Notes: generated from the letters alone by a model not told the origin. A stretch of 64,000 nt of DNA from Octopus sinensis (GCF_006345805.1 NC_043004.1:2046001-2110000), one strand, 5' to 3'; shown: positions 12,482 to 27,918, counted from the first letter of the stretch. Numbers and translations are program-made.

Positions 12482-14477
12482 TATATGAATGTCCACACTC
12501 ATCTGGGAGTATCGTCTTTCGAATGGTGATACTGCGATTTTATATTTGAAAATTATGGGACGTATGTGTTTCGTTAGAAGAGAAAGGGTTAAACAACATG
12601 CCCCGGCTGACTCCGAAAGCATTAGAGACAGAAAACGAAACACCGACCTCTTCAGGCGGAAGATCGTCACACAACTTATTTACCAAGTTGTTACTTTAAT
12701 TTCAGGTATGGTTAATAATTCATACCATAATTAAGTTGTAGGAATAATTGCTAGTTGTAATTAAAAATTCAGTTAATTATCCACTGAATTGTTAACGCAT
12801 TATACAAGAGAATAGAGATGTTTCTATTGCTGCATTGTATAAGTGCGGCACTGTTAGAAATAACGCTCATCCTCATGTTTAAATATTCTAACAGTTACTT
12901 AATTTACACTTTTCATAATTACTGATTATTCTTATCAATGAGGTCCATTGATTTTGGGATCTACTTTGTAGTGCTTCATACAAGAATTACAGCCAACTAT
13001 TGTTATCAAACTAGCCTATCTGTTTACACATTTCTCTATTATATTGCATTTTCTCCCCCGGGTAATTTTATATTAAAGTTGTTAGATTCCTATAAACTAA
13101 ACAAGTGTCTCGAAAATTGCACCGAACTGTTAGATCTACTTAAAGACCTTATGAATATTTTCGATCTATTTTATTTTCAATGATGCCAGTTGAACTAAAA
13201 CGCAACTGTAATTATTCTTCTACGTTGATCATTTACATACTTATAAACTTCAGATTTATAATGGCTTGCGGTTTTATAAAGTTCCTGCCTTTATCGATGA
13301 CAATAAAGGCTCAAGTGAAGTGAATTCGTTTTCGACTCCGCTTGGTGAAAATTTACATCTTGCCAAATGGCAGTAAAATCTCAATTATTTCTATAGACAC
13401 ATAATTGTTTTGTTATGTTCTGATATTCATACAAACAAGAGTTTCTCTGATATTTATGTGTTCGTATAGATTTAAAATTGAAGGTGCTAGAAATAGCACT
13501 GAAATCTTCCTCAAATTATATTCTACTGTTTATAATCGGAGGAATATTTTGATAATATTGTCGAGTCATCGTAAAAAGGACTATTCGATGTGTTTGATAA
13601 TAAATATTTGCCACTGTGGTTGATTGGGGTTTAAGCAACAACGATAAATCCCTTACTCAATCCGGTCGACATTTACACACATAATTCAACACACATTTAG
13701 TCTTTTACTGGTTTCATTCACTGGATTGCAGCCATGAAGACGCATAGTAACTGGCACACACACAAACACACATGCACACGCAAACACGCACATACACACA
13801 TTTACACATACACATACACACACAGGCAAACAAAATCACACACACACGTACAGACAAAAAATACGAGTTTCTGCACAGTCTCCGTCTATCATATTGTCTT
13901 ACGGTACCGAATTATATGAGAAGAATCTTGCTCGATAGATTGCAAAATGGGACTGTACTCAAAAATAAGGGGTTGCGAGATCAAATCTTGGGTGACACAC
14001 CCACGCCTTCACATTTTCCCGGTAATCCAGGAAATGCATAAATGACAAAACTAATGTTCGTACATTTTAATGATAATATCGGCAGTTGGGTAATTTTACT
14101 TTCGTTCATAGCGTGAAAACTGTTAGCTGTTTAACCTGAGCAAAAGTTATATTCTGTATAAATGTACTTATTATAAGTATTTTAAAATACTTCTAAAATC
14201 TTGGATTTCTGAATTTCTGAAACCTACATTACATTCTAATAATGATCAGTGGTACAAGCAAAACAAACTGCAAGGAATTATGCAGTTGTCTAGTCTCAAG
14301 ATTTGGTGTTACAGAGGTTATCATACTTGTTCTATATTGCTTATGAATGTTTGGTGGATAATTCTTCAAAGACATTATATATGGAATACATTTTTTACGC
14401 ATTCGTAAATTCAAACGTAATTACACTTATATGCATGCATAAATTTATATATTTATTAATAATTAATTCTCTACTAT

Positions 14478-14777
14478 GTTGTTGTCTGTTCTTTCTCCCG
14501 CCATGCCTGGCTCATAAGGGCCAATTTCATTGCTGCATGGATTCCCCACCTGGATGGGACACCGGTCCGTCGCAGGTGAGCTGCTCGATGCAGGAGGAAA
14601 GAGTGAGAGAAAGTTGTGGCGAAAGAGTCAGCAGAAGTTCGCCATTACCTTCTGCCGGAGGCGCGTAGAGCTAAGGTGTTTCGCTCATAAACACACACAT
14701 CGCCCTGTCTGAGTTTCGAAACTGCGATCCATCGACTGCGTGTCTGCTGCTCTAACCATTAGGCCATGTGCCTACAC
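14478..14777 (-). mobile_element. SINE family D
   Basis: Aligns to 10425-10744; TSD AATTCTCTA(C/A)TAT at 14465-14477 and 14778-14790. Confidence 0.88.
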
Positions 14778-14825
14778 AATTCTCTAATATTGTAATGAGA
14801 TATTGGGTATTCTTTCTTCTGACAG

Positions 14826-15209
14826 TTCACACGTGGTTCCAGGTTCAGTCACATTGCGTGGCACCTTGGGCAAGTGTCTTCAACTACAGCCTCGGGCCGA
14901 ACAAGGCCTTGTGAGTGGATCTGGTAGACGGAAACTGAAAGAAGCCCGTCGTGTATATATTGTATATATATATTGTAAATATATATATATACATATATTT
15001 GGTGTGTTAATGTTTGTCCCCGCACCATCGCTTGACAACCGATGTTGGTGTGTTTACGTCGTCGTACATTAGCATTTTGGCAAAAGACACCGAGAGAATA
15101 AGTACTAGGCTTTCAAAGAAAAAGTCGTGGGTGGATTTGCTCGAGTAAATGCGGTGCGCCAACATGACTGCAGTCAAATGACTGAAACAAGTAAAAGAAT
15201 ATAAGAATA
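14826..15209 (+). mobile_element. SINE family B, head truncated
   Basis: GCGTGGCACCTTGGGCAAGTGTC core, internal (TA)n, GTCAAATGACTGAAACAAGTAAAAG end. Confidence 0.85.
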
Positions 15210-15284
15210 CATATATGTATGTATACATGTTTGTATGCATATTTATATTTATGTATATATAACTGTATATATATAAAAGGGTAA

Positions 15285-15728
<444 letters not shown>

Positions 15729-16007
15729 TGCTTTTCTAGAAGCCTCTTTCATCTTCTCTTGGTACCTCTTCTAATTTATTAAAAGCACGGTAAGGTCTTT
15801 TTGTAATGCTCTTGTAATACGACAGCATAGGCTTACGTGTATTTCACACACACACACACACACACATACACACACATGTAAGCACATAAATGCGAAACAA
15901 GGTGGATAGTAAACAAAATTGTCAGAGTATTGGTCGTGGTAGTATTAGTAGCAGCAGCAGCACTGAATACCGTGTTATTTAGTATATTAGCTCTATCCTG
16001 CTTTCAT

Positions 16008-16720
16008 CACCAGGCGAAATGCTAAGCAGTATTTCGTCTACCGTTACGTTCTGAGTTCAAATTCCGCCGAGGTCGACTTTGCCTTTCATCCTTTCGGGGT
16101 CGATTAAATAAGTACCAGTTACGCACTGGGGTTGATATAATCGACTTAATCCGTTTGTCTGTCCTTGTTTGTCCTCTCTGTGTTTAGCCCCTTCTAGGTA
16201 GTAAAGAAATAGGTATAAAGTTTCTAAAGGCGGCGAGTGGGCAGAAACGTTAGCACGCCAGGCGAAATTCTTACGGGTATTTCGTCTGTTTTACGTTCTG
16301 AGTTCAAATTCCGCCGAGGTTGACTTTGCCTTTCATCCTTTCGGGGTCGATTAGATAAGTACCAGTTACGAACTGGGGTTGATATAATCGACTTAATCCG
16401 TTTGTCTGTCCTTGTTTGTCCTCTCTGTGTTTAGCCCCTTCTGGGTAGTAAAGAAATAGGTATAAAGTTTCTAAAAGCGGCGAGTGGGCAGAAACGTTAG
16501 CACGCCAGGCGAAATTCTTACGGGTATTTCGTCTGTTTTACGTTCTGAGTTCAAATTCCGCCGAGGTTGACTTTGCCTTTCATCCTTTCGGGGTCGATTA
16601 AATAAGTACCAGTTACGCACTGGGGTCGATATAATCGACTTAATCCGTTTATCTGTCCTTGTTTGTCCTGTATGTGTTTAAACCCTTGTGGGTAGTAAAG
16701 AAATAGGTATAAAGTTTCTA
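16008..16720 (+). mobile_element. Three tandem SINE-A units, 247 bp period
   Basis: Linker GTATAAAGTTTCTA at 16213, 16460 and 16707; first unit 5'-truncated. Confidence 0.92.
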
Positions 16721-17676
16721 TGCAGGTTCCCCTGATCCGAACCTTCTTCCTTCTATCCAGTGCAATCAGCGTGTTCTTAACTCTCACCAGCACAACAAAC
16801 ACTTCCTACAGTCCGTCATTTTTCAGATTTGATACTTAATCTTATACACAAGTTTAAGTTGGCTCTGCAACTATTGATCAAACTCATTATATTCATCCAA
16901 CTATTCTGGGTTGACTTACAAAGGCCTTGAACATTTTCCTCTTCAGTACTTTTACACTTATAAAGAAATTATAAAATTATCAACACCTCAACTAGTATAT
17001 TAGCCAGAGGAAAAGTTAGTATGTTTTCAGAACAGTATTCCAGTATCTTTACAGCGTTGTGGGTGTTTATTTATGTTGCGGTTAATATCCAATTTTCACG
17101 AACCTGCTAGCAGCTTTCGAACATCTAAACTTGATAGTAGATTTCCTAGGGTGTTCTGGAAGTCCAGGAATTTGTTGCTAATTTCCAATTTTCCATGGAA
17201 AATACGAGAAATATAATATTAGTGAAATTTTGCAAATAATATCTGCATTAAATTTCTTTGTATTTCTAGTGAGAGAATTCTCCCAGGCATACGCTGTAGC
17301 GTTGCGTCGGTGTAAGTCTCATGTGTAATGGAAGGCAATAGTCAATTTCTCTTTATGCATTGATGTTTGGAGGCCAACTAACTAATAACGCATTGAATGT
17401 AATTAATTCCCCAGTTAATTTCTAAAATAAAATCCAGGAATACGGATATAATCATATTCATTAGAAAGGGCAGTTTGTGGATGAAAACGGTGGTGGCTTC
17501 ACATTCGCCCCTTTATTATACATAATTACTGTGGGGCACCTGTTTTGATCCCTGCGAGCTGAAATCGTGACACATTCAATTTCGATTCAATTTCGATTGA
17601 GGCAATTCACTTTTACTCCAGCTGCCAACACCTTTGGGAACGGCATGAAGCCACAACATTGTATTTGCACTGAGTA

Positions 17677-17679
<3 letters not shown>

Positions 17680-17738
<59 letters not shown>

Positions 17739-17742
17739 TATT

Positions 17743-17781
<39 letters not shown>

Positions 17782-17910
17782 CGTTTTATAGAGAAATACG
17801 AAAACTAGTTATAACAGTATGTGTTCGATATGATATGCATTAGAAGGGCAGTTTGTTGATGAAAATGAGATTGGTGGTTTCAAATTCGGCCCTTATACAT
17901 ATATCATACG

Positions 17911-17950
<40 letters not shown>

Positions 17951-17959
17951 TATATTATC

Positions 17960-18022
<63 letters not shown>

Positions 18023-18196
18023 TTATTATTATTATTATCATTCTCATCATCAGTATTATTATTATTATTATTATCATTATCATATTATTATTATTATATT
18101 ATTATTATTATTATATTATTATTATTATCATTCTCATCATCAGTATTATTATTATATTATTATTATTATCATTATTATTATTATTATTATTATTAA

Positions 18197-18229
<33 letters not shown>

Positions 18230-18300
18230 TATCATCATCATCATCCCCATCATCATCATCAATATCATCATCATCATCATCATCATCAGTGTTATCATTA
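17680..18300. repeat. (TA)n then degenerate (ATT)n/(ATC)n microsatellites
   Basis: Direct reading. Confidence 0.95.
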
Positions 18301-18817
18301 TTGAGTGAGAGAACAGTGCATGCCATCAAAGTGACACTGGGATACAAATATACGAAGCCCAGTATATCCATCATAGCTACCCGTCTGATAAGGGTGCACT
18401 AGGCACATGCATCACAACTATATGTGCGCAACATGGTGATCTCATATCAAGATAAACAGCACATGACCTTAGAGGTGGGGCCCAGTTAGAATGTTCTTCT
18501 GGTCGAGTAACCCACCCCACCCAAAAGGTCCCTGAGTTAGGGTTGTTTTAGAATATTGAACGAAACATGTGCTTCCAGAGGTGAATTATCTTCCACTACT
18601 TCTGCTCGTGGTCAGAGATGCACATATCGTCAGCCTCTAAGGGACATGCTCAACTGGTTATGGTCAAACAAGTGACAAGCAAATCTGTGGTATTAAGCAG
18701 AATATTTGCTGTAGCCCATCTTTTACACCAAGACAAAACAATGTACATGATAACACTTCCAATCAGTTAAGATCAGAAGCCATGAGAGCCTCTGCCTGGT
18801 ACTGCATCAGAGCATTT
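18301..18817. mobile_element. Unclassified non-coding element of about 515 bp between two (ATT)n arrays (label F)
   Basis: Complex sequence with sharp borders inside ATT arrays and small hairpins near one end; no ORF; dispersed-repeat status not verifiable within this window. Confidence 0.45.
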
Positions 18818-18848
18818 ATTATTATCACTATTATTATTATTATTGTTG

Positions 18849-18919
<71 letters not shown>

Positions 18920-20290
18920 GCATCTTTTGATTCTGTTTTCCTTTCTTACCGAGTGTCTTCCTGACTCCTATGGCTGAGAAACGTACTGTATATATGGGTA
19001 GGCTATTAAAACGAGCTCACCCGATTGTTCATATACAGAGTGATGTGACAGAGAAAAAGGGGAAGTCAGAGAGAAAAAGGAAAAAATAAAAAATAGAAGA
19101 GTAAACAAATAAAGGGGGAACAATGCTCTTCTCAATATGTGTGACGTACCAGTTAAGACAGCCTTTTGCACTTCCTGAATGGATGGTAAGCCAGGGATCA
19201 TTCTTCGATAATTTTCAGTTCTTTTTTTGATCATTCCAAGTGCTCCTACAATCACTGGGATTGTAACCGGCTTGTGATGCCACATCTTTTCGATTTCGAT
19301 TAGCAGATCTTTGCATTTTCTGAGTTTATCCAATTCTTTAGCCGAGACATTATGGTCACAGGGTATGCTCATGTCAACCAATAAACAGATTTTATTGTTT
19401 TGATCTTTCACAAAAATATCTGATTTATTTCCCTTGATGGTTCGATCTGTACATATTGGTAAATCCCTAAGAATAGTTACATTTCTTCCCTCAGTTGCAG
19501 CCGCAGGGTGGTGCTTGTACCATTTGTCAGTAGTTTTGATTTCATAATGTCGACACATTACCCAATGTAGATATTGGCCAACTCTGCCATGTGTTGATTT
19601 GTACACTACAGGTGCTAAAGCCTTACATCCAGAGATTAGATGATCGACTGTTTCCATCCCATCTTGCAGTATCGGCACTTTGGGTCTACACTATTTTCCA
19701 TCACATTGGCTTGTTTGTTCCAGGTCAAAAAGCTCTGACCTTGGGCAGCCCTGAGCTCCGTAGCTACTGATGGGCATGCTTCTGGTCTACATCAGCTTCT
19801 TTGCTACGGGCCACATATTTGCCATGCAGAGGATTTTGTTCCCACCTATCAGCCAATTTTCAAGCGCATTTTGCTTTGCTATTGGTTTCACCTTCTTTGC
19901 AACTACAGGTGCTGCACTTCCCTTATGCTGTTCAAACTGGGTATTATGCATAAACTCACTTGAAAATGTTTTCCTCTCTTGTAGCTTCTTACGTCTTTCA
20001 TGGTCTTCAACAAACCTTAGCATCCAGTCGTTAGATGTTTCAAGATATTTTGCCAGTCAAATTGTGGTGGCTTTGTTGGAGATTCTCCTACCAGCATATT
20101 GGTCTACTTCCACTTAAAGTAGACCCTACTAGTCCCACCCACTTAGGAACACCACTACCCACTGTAGAATTTAATTTAAGGAACTCAATATTACCGTTCC
20201 CCACTCTAGATTGTACAGGTCTGTACTTGGACACATCAGTAGCTGACTTCCCGGGAGATATTAGGACACTTGGGTTTATTATGTATGAAT
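18920..20290 (-). mobile_element. Dead R4/Dong-type (RLE) non-LTR retrotransposon, 3' part
   Basis: Frameshifted motifs RWEQNPLHGKY..ADVDQK, zinc knuckle KCRYC..ETVDHLISGC, RLE TDRTIKGNKSDI..VDMSIPCD..KE, VIVGALG, HILRRAL; 3' UTR then (TAA)n. Segment 20125-20290 (SKYRPV) is a weaker, probably deletion-joined RT piece. Confidence 0.88.
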
Positions 20291-21742
20291 GAAAGTGCAA
20301 TTTGGTGGTAGAACCATTATGGCTGCACCCATGTAAGGGTTAATATAATTGATTAATTAATTAATTAATTAATTAATTAATTAGTTAACTGGTTAATAGA
20401 TATTATTGATATGAACAATCGAACTTTTATGATAAAATAAATACATATTAGGTAAGATTTAGTAAACTGTTGGGACACGGAGTTTGTAAACATGGTAGTA
20501 ATTAACATGTATTTTAATTTTAATTTTTAATCGCTTAAATGTTTGTGGCTTTGTGCTTTTGCCCGTTCAGGTACCTATGGATCAGAATTTACTTAGGTAC
20601 GTGTACACATTTAGTTGTTCGTCCATTATTACCACTACTTGGAATTTTATTTGCTATCTAGGATGTAAGAATTCAGCATTATGCTTTTGTAGGTAATTCC
20701 ACTCGCATGCACCTCTTGTACTTGTTATTTCACCTTATACTATAAATAAACTTACAGCAGTTTCACTGATAGTATTTTATTCTTATTTATTTTATGTTTA
20801 GAAGTAACAGAAGGCCATAAGCGGTCTCGTGCCACTTATATCACAATCTTTTCCCCCGCACTCTTTATTTACTGGTTCGTTTTCACAAACTCTGTAACAG
20901 TCTTAACTTTTGCCCTTAGTACAAATATACTTGACCAATTGTAGAGATGGATAGAGTTTGGTCAATTCCATTGCGGACAACAGGTGGTGGTCTTTACAAT
21001 ATTTCAGTAAGTACACTGTTATAAGAACCTTACGGTTTTGTTTTGGATAAATATTAACTATCTCTATTTACGATATCATAAGTACTATTCTTTTTCTAGA
21101 CATATTGGTAATTTTTGTCTTATTTTAGTACTAACTTCATTTCACTACCATTCAAACACCCTGGTCCCCACCCTTTATATAGAAATAACCTGTAAATATT
21201 TCTCTAGACCACTGCTAGTTCACTGTTTTACTTATCGACTACATATTTCCACGCTGCAAGATGGTATGATTTTAATATACTGAGCCCACTGGTCTCTTCT
21301 CGAGGCCTTGTACTTTCCTCTTCCCTCTTTCCTTCGTTTATTTTATTTTCCTCATTTGTATTCACTCTGATGAAGCTCCACGTACTAGATCGAATGTCCT
21401 ATGAAGATGACGAATATTATATTCGGAATTTCTTTCGTAAACACCAATTAACATTAAAAGCGAAAACGGCCGTAAGAAATGTTGTGTTATGTTTCGTGTT
21501 GAAAACTAATAAGTCGATGTGGTTCAATTTGTTTGTTTGTTGATAAAAAGTTTTCTCCATTTTCTGATTATTTAAACTTGATTCCTGATAAACTTTTGTT
21601 TATTCTGCTGTTGCCTGTACCCTATGAGCATGGTGTGCCTGCATACACATGCCGAGGCATAGCATAGGTAATTGATACCGAAAGTAAATACGGACACTAT
21701 TATCCCTTAGTCGGTTACTTCAACTGCTAACTCAGCTTACCC

Positions 21743-21827
<85 letters not shown>

Positions 21828-22513
21828 GGAATGCGAGAGAAAGCAAATGGTGAAAACTTTCAGATGATGAATTTTTTATGCATAAATATATAGATACTTA
21901 TATTAATGGAGCCAACTTACACAGAATATAACTGAAAGAAAATTAAATGTTGTGGAAGAAAGATGTTATAAGCTCAATAGCTGTTTCTCGGGGATTGGCG
22001 ATCTACAATAATGTTGGTAAATTTAGTTCATTACAATATGCGGCCGTATGGATGCAATTAACATAGGATGAGACGAGCCTCCGTCATCAGAAGATCTTAT
22101 ATTTATGATTTTAATGCAGAGATGTTCAAAGTTGGATTCCTTTCATCTTTGAGCATCTTTGCATTGAGAGTTCTGGGTTGATATATAATCGACTACAAGC
22201 TTCTCCCTAATTTAAAGCTTTTCCTAGGTTAGATATAAATATATCTCTCCGAGCAGTGGTATAATTTTAAAAGTGCAAATATCCAACTTATGGCTCGAAC
22301 TAGCACTAAATAGCAAAGAGGATATCCTAGTGAACTACCAGCTTAAAAATGGTTGAGTCACTACATGATCGAATGGTTATGATGCTATCATCTACGATAC
22401 CTTCTTTCACTGCGTCTGGTGGTAAACAATTCATGCCATTGCTCCTTTTCCGGTCTTTCGTAGCCGACTCCGAAAAGAAGTTAAAAACAAAGAAGAAATC
22501 AACCCTATTTTAG

Positions 22514-22745
22514 TCTCTTTACTCTCTCTCTTTTACTCTTTTACTTGTTTCAGTCATTTGACTGCGGCCATGTTGGAGCACCGCCTTTAATCGAGCAAAT
22601 CGACCCTAGGACCTATTCTTTGTAAGCCTAGTACTTATTCTATCGGTCGCTTTTGCGGAACCGCTAATTTACGGGGACGTAAACACACCAGCATCGGTTG
22701 TCAAGCGATGTGGAGGGGGAGACAAACACAGACACACAAACATAT

Positions 22746-22815
<70 letters not shown>

Positions 22816-22978
22816 GACGAGCTTCTTTCAGTTTCCGTCTACCAAATCCACTCACAAGACTTTGGTTGGCCCGAGGCTATAGTAGAAGACACTTGCCCAA
22901 GGTGTCACGCAGTGGGACTCAACCCGGAACCATGTTGTTCGTAAGCAAGCTACTTACCCCAGAGCCACTCCTACGCCT
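22514..22978 (-). mobile_element. SINE family B, near full length, long internal (TA)n
   Basis: Head, core, microsatellite and (TAAAAGAG)n tail all present. Confidence 0.92.
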
Positions 22979-23459
22979 AGTCAGGTACTTATCAAACCGA
23001 AGACCTAGATGGCAAAGTCGACCTGGAGTGTATTTGAATACCAATAGCAAGTCATTCTGATTGGTTCTTTAACGACTCTGCAAATTCGCCGGCGAGGTAT
23101 TACTCGGCTACGAGCTTATACGGGAGTTAATTAGTTAAGCGTATATTGTAATGAAGTGAAAGCTAAATGTTCGAAAGTTCAAATATTTTTAGGCCTTACT
23201 GTATAATTTAATACAAACGGTGCAGTTTTTGTACCATCGTGGATTTATATTAGAACCTATGAAAATATTATTTGCGTTAGACCGGCTACCATTTTCCGAG
23301 AAGAGAGAGAGAGTCAATCCGACAAAGATTGGGATTAAATTTGGTACAATGAGTTTGTAAGTAATCGTCAAATACATACAGAATGTGACATCCTTTTCTT
23401 TGGTTGAAAGTGAGGAAATAAATAGCAGTAATATAACGGGAATACATACACCCCCCCAC

Positions 23460-25140
<1,681 letters not shown>

Positions 25141-25329
25141 TACTTACACATACTTGCACTCATATGTGTGTGACTATGTTACGGAGGCTGTGTACGTGAA
25201 TTGATGTATGTGAATTTAAATATCTGTGTAAGATATTCTCTCGGCCGAATAGCATCACAGAGAGGCTTAAAATGGAACAGAGTTTGATTTCCTTATTAAT
25301 ACTTTGCAAGTAATGTTTACTATTTTATA

Positions 25330-26010
25330 TTTATGACGTCAAAGCTGCGCCATTGCTGGTGAGCAGTTGTTATCGCATTGTTACGAGCGCTACCATGTGT
25401 CTTTATCTCCGAGTAATTTTCCTTTGTCTCAGCAGCGAAATCCTTCCCATTAGCGGTGTAAGATCCAATCAGTTCCAAGCTGATCAGGCAGAAGGGAACG
25501 TGACGGGCAATGTTCACTCATTCAAGCGACTACTCCGCACCTCGCATCCTCCCAGCCCCTACAAACACCTCCTCCCACTAACACCCACTCATATTGTCTT
25601 CCTTTTCTTTTTTGTTTTATGTTTTATTTCTTTCTCCCGTCCTCTTTCTCTCCACACTTTCTCTTTCTCTCCTTCTCTGTGTCTATCTATCTATCTATCT
25701 ATCTGTCTGTCTAACACTATCTCTCTCTCTCTCTTTCTCTCTCTCCCTCACTCATCCTTTATCGGTTGCTAATCTCGTGGGCCGTCAGGGGGCCAGCGCG
25801 ACTAATTGGGGTCGGAGGGCACTTTACCGCCGATATATAACACGTCATATAGACAGAAAAAGCGTATTGATTCCAGCTGTGATGATGTTAAGAGCGCTTT
25901 TATACATGCTGCGTTATTAGCATCGGTTTACTGTCCATGCTTCGAGCCGCTTCACTGGAGCGCAACGTATTTCTAAGATGGCGGAATGGTGCAGTACAGT
26001 GCTGGGTAAA
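25330..26010 (+). promoter_or_regulatory. Possible Pol II promoter / first-exon island
   Basis: Locally CpG-richer sequence not matching the repeats seen here: TGACGTCA 25334, CCAAT 25465, ATTGG 25805, TATATAA 25834, AAGATGGCGG at about 25975, possible donor G/GTAAAA at 26006. Confidence 0.25.
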
Positions 26011-27258
26011 AATAAACAGAGAATCTGTCTTGTGTTACTGAGAGAAAGATGTATGATATATTGACATGAACTGGCTCTCAATGAGATTAAACATAATTTC
26101 TAGTAACATTTTAGCATTTCCATAGCTTAATTGTGCAAAAGTTGAAGATAAATAACCAGGCGAATAGCTTTGTAAATTATGTGGTGAGAACAAACCATAT
26201 ACGTAGGTCGTATAGCAAAGACACACACACACACATGAGCAGAACATACTATACAAATATAATTTCACTAATTTTTTTTATGATTATATTTCAGTTATTT
26301 TTTGTTTCTTGTTTTTCTTTTTTTATATTTTGCCCTCTCTCACTTCATAATCATATTCACTATCGTTTTTTGTTTTCCCCCCACTTCTTTCTGAATTCCG
26401 GTTTATTCTGGAGATATGGGCGCCAATAAAATAATAGTTACTGTCATTTTACATTTTAATCGAGATCCATGTCCAGTAAACTTCAATGAAACCTAATTGC
26501 TCGAAGCAATCAAAACGCAGACGCGGCATAAAAGATATCACATTATCGTATCATATAATAAAAGTTAACCTACTGTATAGTACGATATTTATTACCTCAT
26601 ACCTCGTCAAAACTCCTTTATACACACCTCACAGAGGCACTGACAATATATATATATATATATATATGTAGGTGTGTGTATGTACATGAATTATATATAT
26701 ATATATATAATGTTGATGCAGCTGGTGTGGTGTGACGAGATGTGGACTCTAAATTAAGGACAGTGTCCATCGACAGATGAATATCAAAACATTTCAGAAG
26801 GTCAAACTTCCAGAAATATCTTTACATAAACATGGAAAGTGTTAAATTATAACAAGTGACCAACAAATCAATTACGTATCAGTTTGAATGCTAAATAAAC
26901 GACGATTCGGATGACAACCAACTCACACACTTTTTTATTCTCTTTCTCGTTTTGTATGGAAAGGTGCTTGCTTCCTAACCACAGGGTTTCAAGTTTCAGT
27001 TCTACTGCGTGGCACTTTGGGCAATTATCTTATATTATAACCCGGTAGCCTTGTGAGTGGATTTGGTAGCTGGAAACTGAAAGAAGCCTGTTGTATATAT
27101 ATATATATATATTTAAGTAGTTGAATGAATTATCCTAGTATGGATAATTCGGTTAACCGATACCCGGGAAGCAAATTCACGTCAGAAAACACGGTTGAAG
27201 CTACATGCCAAGGGCAGAGATCACGTGCTTTCGTGTGGAAATTTGTGTGTTTTTTTAT

Positions 27259-27424
27259 TATAGATGAAAGAATGGAGTCGAACGACGATTTAACAAAATT
27301 CCTTTATTCTCGACATATGTTTCGAAGACTGCATATTACTTCGAAATTAGGAATATGTAGTCTTCGAAACATATGTCGAGAATAAAAGAATTTTGTTAAA
27401 TCGTCGTTCGACACCATTCTTTCA

Positions 27425-27430
<6 letters not shown>
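27259..27430. repeat. Fold-back palindrome, 79 bp arms, 14 bp spacer
   Basis: 27259-27337 versus 27352-27430, 3 mismatches; each arm carries GAAAC-ATAT-GTC. Confidence 0.95.
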
Positions 27431-27457
<27 letters not shown>

Positions 27458-27461
<4 letters not shown>

Positions 27462-27654
27462 CTTTACTACCCACAAGAGGCTAAACACAGAGGGGACAAA
27501 CAAGGACAGACAAACGGATTAAGTCGATTACATCGACCCCAGTGCGTAACTGGTACTTAATTTATCAAGCCCGAAAGGATGAATGGCAAAGTCGACCTCG
27601 GCGAATTTGAACTCAGAATGTAACGGCGTGCTAACGTTTCTCCCAGCTCGCCTT
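27458..27654 (-). mobile_element. SINE family A with a deletion in the head
   Basis: Aligns to 46551-46783. Confidence 0.88.
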
Positions 27655-27918
27655 ATTTATATATATATATATATTAGTACATCTATGTTTGTTCCTCCAC
27701 CATCGCTTGGCAACCGATGTTGGTGTGTTTAAGTTACCGTGACCCAACGGTTCGGCAAAAGAGTCGATAGAAAAAATACCAGGCGTACAAAGATCAAGTC
27801 CTGGAGTCGGTTTGTTCGACTAAAGGTGGTGCACCAGCATGGCCACACTCAAACTAAAACAAGTAAGAGAATAAAAGAATAAAAGAGTAGGTGTGTGGGT
27901 GGGTGTGTATGTCCGAGG

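Larger units (their letters stand above)
26955..27885 (+). mobile_element. SINE family B interrupted by two insertions in its (TA)n
   Basis: 5' half about 26955-27095, 3' half about 27670-27885 ending in TAAAAGAA repeats. Confidence 0.7.

Noticed and set aside
17853-18374. 151 aa poly-Y/L/I ORF and poly-D/N ORF
   Set aside because: Degenerate (ATT)n/(ATC)n microsatellite
18760-18815. Faint U2 snRNA resemblance (CCTGGTACTGCA, TCAGTTAAGATC)
   Set aside because: Short gapped matches in both orientations, and no Sm site or colinear structure
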